A program made the translations under genes and the position numbers. The notes under the pieces are model-generated. The model was given only the letters and a program-made list of their open reading frames with translations, did not search any database and was not told the DNA's origin. From the sequence record DRR723986_6735: a DNA stretch of 41,378 nt, one strand, 5' to 3'. How positions within the stretch are numbered: the stretch's first letter is position 1; each line of letters begins with the position of its first letter. Below, piece after piece: positions 36,692 through 41,378 of the stretch.

Positions 36692-36868
36692 TCAGCCGTT
36701 GAAGCCGGCAGCTGCCTCGTTGAAGGAAGCACCGGTTGATGCCCCAACAGCGGTCGCACCGCCAACGATCGCAAGGCAGATGATGCCTGCAATCAGCGCA
36801 TATTCGATCGCGGTTGCACCGTCCTCGTTACCGAGGAAATGCGAAAACAGTTCACGTGCGGCTCTCAT
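36692..36868 (-). CDS. flp: Flp family type IVb pilin (58 aa; below the ORF-track cutoff)
   Basis: Manual translation MRAARELFSHFLGNEDG/ATAIEYALIAGIICLAIVGGATAVGASTGASFNEAAAGFNG; G|ATAIEY prepilin motif; ATGA overlap with the mutT stop; GGAGGG RBS. Confidence 0.9.
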   Translation of the reverse strand: MRAARELFSHFLGNEDGATAIEYALIAGIICLAIVGGATAVGASTGASFNEAAAGFNG

Positions 36869-37284
36869 GGTCCCTCCGTCGCGTGTCCCCCCGAAAGAAC
36901 CTCGAACAGCGGAAGATCCGCAGGAGGGGCCGGGTAATCAAACAGGTTTGCCGGAGGAACCCACGCGATGGCCTGGCCTTCTCGTGGATGCACTTCGCCT
37001 GACCATGCCTGACACTTGTAGAGTGGCATAAGAAGATGAAAGTCGGGGTAAGTGAAACTCGCAAAAGTGAGCGGATGAAGTTCCGATTCCTTAACCGTAA
37101 TCGATAGCTCTTCATGAAGCTCACGCGCGAGCGCAGCCTCCGGCGTTTCGCCCGGCTCTACCTTGCCGCCCGGAAACTCCCACAGACCGGAGAGCTGTTT
37201 GCCTTCCGGACGCTGGGCCAGAAGGATCTCGCCCTTGTCATTGTACAGCGCAGCGGCGACGACCAGGACCAACCGGTGCGTCAT
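36865..37284 (-). CDS. mutT: 8-oxo-dGTP diphosphatase
   Basis: ILLAQRP.GK...GLWEFPGGK.E.GETPE.AL.REL.EEL; FHLLMPLY; ATGA overlap with the argJ stop. Confidence 0.93.
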   Translation of the reverse strand: MTHRLVLVVAAALYNDKGEILLAQRPEGKQLSGLWEFPGGKVEPGETPEAALARELHEELSITVKESELHPLTFASFTYPDFHLLMPLYKCQAWSGEVHPREGQAIAWVPPANLFDYPAPPADLPLFEVLSGGHATEGP

Positions 37285-38528
37285 GTCCGGTAAGCGCCGT
37301 TTATGTCGACATAGCCGTGCGTCAGATCGCAGGTCCAAACGGTCGCCGACTGGTCTCCGGCGGCCACATCGACACGGATGGTGAATTCGGGCTGCGCAAA
37401 CACAGCGCTCGCCGCCTCTTCGCTATAGCCTGGCATCCGCGCGCCATCCTTCGCGACCTGGACATCGTCGAACCAGATGGCGAGTGCCTCGGCCGAAATA
37501 GGCTCCAGCGACTTGCCGACCGCCATCACGATCCGGCCCCAGTTTGCGTCACCGGCCGCCATCGCGGTCTTGATCAGGGGTGAATTGGCAATCTCGCACG
37601 CAATGATTTTCGCGGACATCTGCGACACGGCGCTTTCAACCTGGATGGTGACGAATTTCTGCGCCCCTTCCCCGTCCTTCACAACCAGCTGGGCCAGCTC
37701 GAGGCAAACCGAGTGCAGGGCCATCGCGATGGAATCGAGCCGCGGGTCGTCCTTCGAAGCGATCGGGTCCATGCCAGATTGGCCGGTCGCGAAGACCATC
37801 AGCGTATCAGACGTGGATGTATCGCCATCGACGGTGATGCAGTTGAAGGTCTCGTTCGTGATCTCTTCCAGCAATTCCTGCAGCACATCATGCGCAATGG
37901 CGGCGTCGGTAAAGACATAGGCCAGCATCGTCGCCATGTTCGGCGCGATCATGCCGGAGCCTTTTGCGATCCCGGCAAAGTTCACGGTGTGACCGTCGAT
38001 TTCCATCGATGTGCCGGCGCCCTTCGCGAACGTATCGGTGGTCATGAAGGCCCGCGTGGCCGCCTCCCAGTCCGGGGTGCCCAGCTTGTCAGCCAACTCG
38101 GGCACAAACGCGCCGACGTAGTTCGGGTCGGCCAGCGGCTCCCCGATGACGCCGGTCGCGGCCAGGAAGCAGTGCTCCTTTGCAACGCCCAGCGTTTCAG
38201 TCACGGCTTTCAGCGTCGCCTCATTCTTCTCCTGGCCTTTGGGGCCGGTGAACGCATTGGAATTGCCCGAATTGGCAACCAGGGCACGGGCCATGCCACC
38301 GCCTACCTCCAGCGCCTGCCGGCACCATAGCACGTCCGCCGAAGCCGTCCGGGAAACCGTATAGACCCCGGCGCAGGTCGTGCCTTCCTCGAAGGCGAAC
38401 AGGAAAACGTCGTCACGGGTCACGCCGCGCTTTGCATAAAAGCCGCGCGAGCCGGTGGCGGCGCGTACGCCTTTCACCTCAGGCAGTTTCGGGAAGGGCG
38501 TCGCAAAGGGCGAGGGCGTCAGATTCAA
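37281..38528 (-). CDS. argJ: Bifunctional glutamate N-acetyltransferase / amino-acid acetyltransferase
   Basis: NSGN.NAFTG, TGVIG, MTTDT, KGSGMIAPNMAT, DGDTSTSD, DGEGA.K, DANWGR, CDLT..YV.IN..Y; TTG start. Confidence 0.96.
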   Translation of the reverse strand: MNLTPSPFATPFPKLPEVKGVRAATGSRGFYAKRGVTRDDVFLFAFEEGTTCAGVYTVSRTASADVLWCRQALEVGGGMARALVANSGNSNAFTGPKGQEKNEATLKAVTETLGVAKEHCFLAATGVIGEPLADPNYVGAFVPELADKLGTPDWEAATRAFMTTDTFAKGAGTSMEIDGHTVNFAGIAKGSGMIAPNMATMLAYVFTDAAIAHDVLQELLEEITNETFNCITVDGDTSTSDTLMVFATGQSGMDPIASKDDPRLDSIAMALHSVCLELAQLVVKDGEGAQKFVTIQVESAVSQMSAKIIACEIANSPLIKTAMAAGDANWGRIVMAVGKSLEPISAEALAIWFDDVQVAKDGARMPGYSEEAASAVFAQPEFTIRVDVAAGDQSATVWTCDLTHGYVDINGAYRT

Positions 38529-39493
38529 AGTTCAGTTCCTTCAGGAGCCGGGGCAGCAAGATCATCCGGCGTATCGTTGGGGCCGGAGTCCGGGTCGGGA
38601 AGCCTGTAAGGCGTTGCGCCGTCATCGTCGAGCCCCGGTTCGCCCTGCTGGATCTGCGCCTCCGCCTTGAGGCGGCGGACGATCTTGGCGACCTGTTCCA
38701 AGGTCAGGAAGGTCACGATATCCGGCCGCATTTCCGCGCGGGTTTTCGGCGCCCGCGAACGGCGATCCTTGACCTTGAGGATGTGCCAGCCATCGGCCGA
38801 CTCAAAGGGCGGCGCGACTTCGCCTTCGCCCGTATTGGCGATGACCAGCGGAAATGGCGGCGGTTCATCGTTCGGGGAGACATAACCAAGGTCCCCCTGC
38901 TCCATGCGTGTGGCACTGTCGAGCGAGTTGGCGCTGACCAGGCTTTCGAAGCTCTCGCCCGCCTGGATCCGGTCGAACAGGGCCTGGGCCTCCTCCTTGG
39001 TGTCCACCAGGATGTGGGCGATGCGCACTTCATCGTCGTCCTGCTGCAGGGCGACCTGTTTCTCGTACATCGCCTCGATCTGGTCTTCGGTCACGTCTTC
39101 AGCGACGAGGTTTTCGACCAGCAAATTGCCGAGAATGCGTTCCTCAGCCATTTCGAGCCGCCGGCGACCCGCCGGATCCTTGTCCAGACCGCGGCGGACG
39201 GCCTCCTGCGCCATCAGCTTCTGTTCAATCAGCTGATTGAGCACCGTGTCGTATTCCGGATCGCCGGATTTGACCTTGGTACCAGCAGGCACAAGGCCCC
39301 GGGCCACGGCTTCCAGCTCCACATCGCTGACATAGATTTTCTCGCCATTCACCGTGGCGGCGGTTGCGCCCTCAACGCGAACCGGCACTTCTTCCTCCGG
39401 TGGCGGGCTGCACGCAGCCGCTGTCATAATCGCCAGACCGGCAAACAGGATACGCGGGTGGACCCGCAAAGCCTTCAGATTCAACACAGTCAT
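38525..39493 (-). CDS. Parvulin-type peptidyl-prolyl cis-trans isomerase lipoprotein (PrsA/PpiC-like)
   Basis: AAAC lipobox; ATVNGE.I; HILV..., F..L....S.D, GDLG, GWHI.KV.D.R; start uncertain (39493-39526). Confidence 0.9.
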   Translation of the reverse strand: MTVLNLKALRVHPRILFAGLAIMTAAACSPPPEEEVPVRVEGATAATVNGEKIYVSDVELEAVARGLVPAGTKVKSGDPEYDTVLNQLIEQKLMAQEAVRRGLDKDPAGRRRLEMAEERILGNLLVENLVAEDVTEDQIEAMYEKQVALQQDDDEVRIAHILVDTKEEAQALFDRIQAGESFESLVSANSLDSATRMEQGDLGYVSPNDEPPPFPLVIANTGEGEVAPPFESADGWHILKVKDRRSRAPKTRAEMRPDIVTFLTLEQVAKIVRRLKAEAQIQQGEPGLDDDGATPYRLPDPDSGPNDTPDDLAAPAPEGTEL

Positions 39494-39519
39494 CACTCCA
39501 GCTGTCTGATGGCGCCGCA

Positions 39520-39548
39520 TTGACACCCCAATGCGGCGTTCTTAAGTC
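39520..39548 (+). promoter_or_regulatory. Putative sigma70 promoter of secA
   Basis: TTGACA-N17-TAAGTC. Confidence 0.45.
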
Positions 39549-39674
39549 TCACCCGCGCGCTGGTCGAGTAGGTTCGGCTGGTGTAATCACGGTGGGAGAA
39601 CCCGCGTATTCCTGTGCGGTCACACGGTCAGGATCACAGTTTCTTCGCCCCAGACCTGATTGGTGCAGCCTCTT

Positions 39675-41378
39675 ATGTTTTCCGTCGCCCGCAAGATTTT
39701 CGGTTCCGCTAACGACCGCAAGCTGAAACCCCTGCGAGCCCGCGTCAACCGCATCAATGCCCTCGAGCCGATGATGGAGGCGCTTTCAGACAGCGCGCTC
39801 AAAGGCAAGACCGCAGAATTCCGCAAACGCCTGGCCGATGGCGCAACACTCGACTCCCTGCTGGAAGAGGCTTTCGCCGTCACCCGGGAGGCCGCCCGGC
39901 GCGCGCTCGGCATGCGCCATTTCGATGTCCAGCTCATGGGCGGCATGATCCTCCATTCCGGCGCAATCGCCGAAATGCGTACCGGTGAAGGCAAGACGCT
40001 GGTCGCAACGCTCGCCGCCTACCTCAATGCCCTTGAGGGCAAAGGCGTGCACGTCGTCACCGTCAACGACTATCTCGCCCGCCGCGACGCTGAATGGATG
40101 GGCCAGATCTATGGCTTCCTCGGCATGACGACCGGCATCATCGTGCACGGTGTCACCGATGAAGAGCGCAAGGCCGCCTACGCCGCTGACATCACCTACG
40201 GAACGAACAACGAGTTCGGCTTCGACTATCTTCGCGACAACATGAAATACTCGCTGGACCAGATGGCCCAGCGCGGACACCATTTCGCGATTGTCGACGA
40301 GGTGGACTCCATCCTCATCGACGAAGCCCGTACGCCGCTGATCATTTCCGGCCCGACGGACGACCGCTCCGACCTCTACATCAAGATCGATGCGATGGTT
40401 CCGCGGCTTGAGGAAGAAGACTACGAACTCGACGAAAAGCAGCGTTCGGTCACCTATACCGAATCCGGCATGGAGAAGATCGAAAGCTGGCTGGAAGAGG
40501 AAGGCCTGCTGGAAGGTTCCCTGTGGGAGCCGCATAACATCTCCCTCGTCCACCACGCCAACCAGGCCCTGCGCGCCCACAAACTTTACGCCCGTGACAA
40601 GGACTACATCGTCAAGGGCGGCGAGGTGATGCTGATCGACGAGTTTACCGGCCGCATGATGGAAGGCCGCCGCCTGTCCGAAGGCCTGCACCAGGCCATC
40701 GAGGCCAAGGAACGCACCGACATCAAGCCCGAGAACCAGACACTGGCCTCAATCACGTTCCAGAACTATTTCCGCCTCTACTCCAAACTGGCCGGCATGA
40801 CCGGTACCGCCCTGACCGAGGCAGACGAATTCGCCGACATCTACAAGCTGGAAGTCATCGACCTTCCAACCAACAAGCCGATCCAGCGGATCGACGAGGA
40901 CGATGTCGTCTACCGCACGGCCAAGGCGAAATATGCCGAGATCGTCAAGGAAGTGCGCGAGTGCCACGCCAAGGGCCAGCCGATCCTGCTGGGCACCGCC
41001 TCGATCGAGAAATCCGAGATTCTCGACAATCTGCTGACCGCCGCGAAAATTCCGCACAAGGTGCTGAACGCCCGCCACCACGAGCAGGAAGCCCATATCG
41101 TCGCCAATGCCGGCGTACCCGGCGCCGTCACCGTCGCCACAAACATGGCCGGCCGCGGCACCGACATCCAGCTCGGCGGCAATTTCGAAATGCGCCTCGA
41201 GCAGGAAAAGGCGAAGAAAGAGGCCGAGCTCGGCCGCGAACTGACCGAGGGCGAGTTGTCCCTGCTCACCTCCCAGATCAAGGCAGACATCGAGGTCAAG
41301 AAAAAGCGCGCGCTGGATGCCGGCGGGCTCTACGTTCTGGGTACGGAGCGCCACGAAAGCCGCCGCATCGACAACCAG
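39675..41378 (+). CDS. secA: Preprotein translocase subunit SecA (5' part; runs off the window's right edge)
   Basis: Manual translation from ATG 39675: [15 protein letters not shown]...[11 protein letters not shown]...[10 protein letters not shown]...[14 protein letters not shown]...[21 protein letters not shown]...[14 protein letters not shown]...[13 protein letters not shown]. Confidence 0.98.
   Translation, partial: MFSVARKIFGSANDRKLKPLRARVNRINALEPMMEALSDSALKGKTAEFRKRLADGATLDSLLEEAFAVTREAARRALGMRHFDVQLMGGMILHSGAIAEMRTGEGKTLVATLAAYLNALEGKGVHVVTVNDYLARRDAEWMGQIYGFLGMTTGIIVHGVTDEERKAAYAADITYGTNNEFGFDYLRDNMKYSLDQMAQRGHHFAIVDEVDSILIDEARTPLIISGPTDDRSDLYIKIDAMVPRLEEEDYELDEKQRSVTYTESGMEKIESWLEEEGLLEGSLWEPHNISLVHHANQALRAHKLYARDKDYIVKGGEVMLIDEFTGRMMEGRRLSEGLHQAIEAKERTDIKPENQTLASITFQNYFRLYSKLAGMTGTALTEADEFADIYKLEVIDLPTNKPIQRIDEDDVVYRTAKAKYAEIVKEVRECHAKGQPILLGTASIEKSEILDNLLTAAKIPHKVLNARHHEQEAHIVANAGVPGAVTVATNMAGRGTDIQLGGNFEMRLEQEKAKKEAELGRELTEGELSLLTSQIKADIEVKKKRALDAGGLYVLGTERHESRRIDNQ

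Noticed and set aside
39550..39674. SecM/ApdP-like arrest-peptide ORF upstream of secA
   Set aside because: No convincing signal-peptide ORF or RAPP/RAGP-type motif in the leader; the 39520-39726 ORF is out of frame with secA and featureless
1..41378. Mobile elements, prophage, defence systems, tRNA/rRNA
   Set aside because: No transposase, integrase, phage, restriction-modification or toxin-antitoxin motifs, no cloverleaf or rRNA-like sequence, and no marked compositional island seen by eye

Overview
GC-rich (~60-65%) alphaproteobacterial core-chromosome window; gene content and protein sequences suggest Hyphomonadaceae/Caulobacterales (probably Hyphomonas; inference). It runs from the 5' part of petB to the 5' part of secA. 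Contents: petA/petB, hemF, tspO, CCA-adding enzyme/DUF6111/NudL/DUF1285, a MoxR-DUF58-BatA/DUF4159-membrane protein envelope operon, an EmrAB-type efflux pair, a serine hydrolase, an AraC-YHS-VOC module, MAPEG, GNAT, an ScsB/DsbD plus redoxin pair, SapC, DUF885 and VWA lipoproteins, DUF2794, COQ9-rpsU, a NatAB-like ABC pair, a DksA/TraR-like zinc finger, cytochrome oxidase subunit IV, and the conserved DUF1178-grxC-comF-methyltransferase-flp-mutT-argJ-PPIase-secA block. I see no rRNA, tRNA, CRISPR array, transposase, integrase or prophage. The most interesting stretch is 29.0-31.1 kb: (i) a small uncharacterised gene, resembling a catalytically degenerate GIY-YIG-like protein, behind a perfect triple alphaproteobacterial LexA repeat with a CtrA-like box beside it; (ii) a candidate ~85-nt hairpin sRNA with a C-rich loop and its own promoter-like sequence; (iii) a probable non-AUG (AUC) start for rpsU. 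A 58-aa Flp pilin gene missed by the ORF track is also present. No database searches were run; family calls rest on recognised motifs and recalled synteny.
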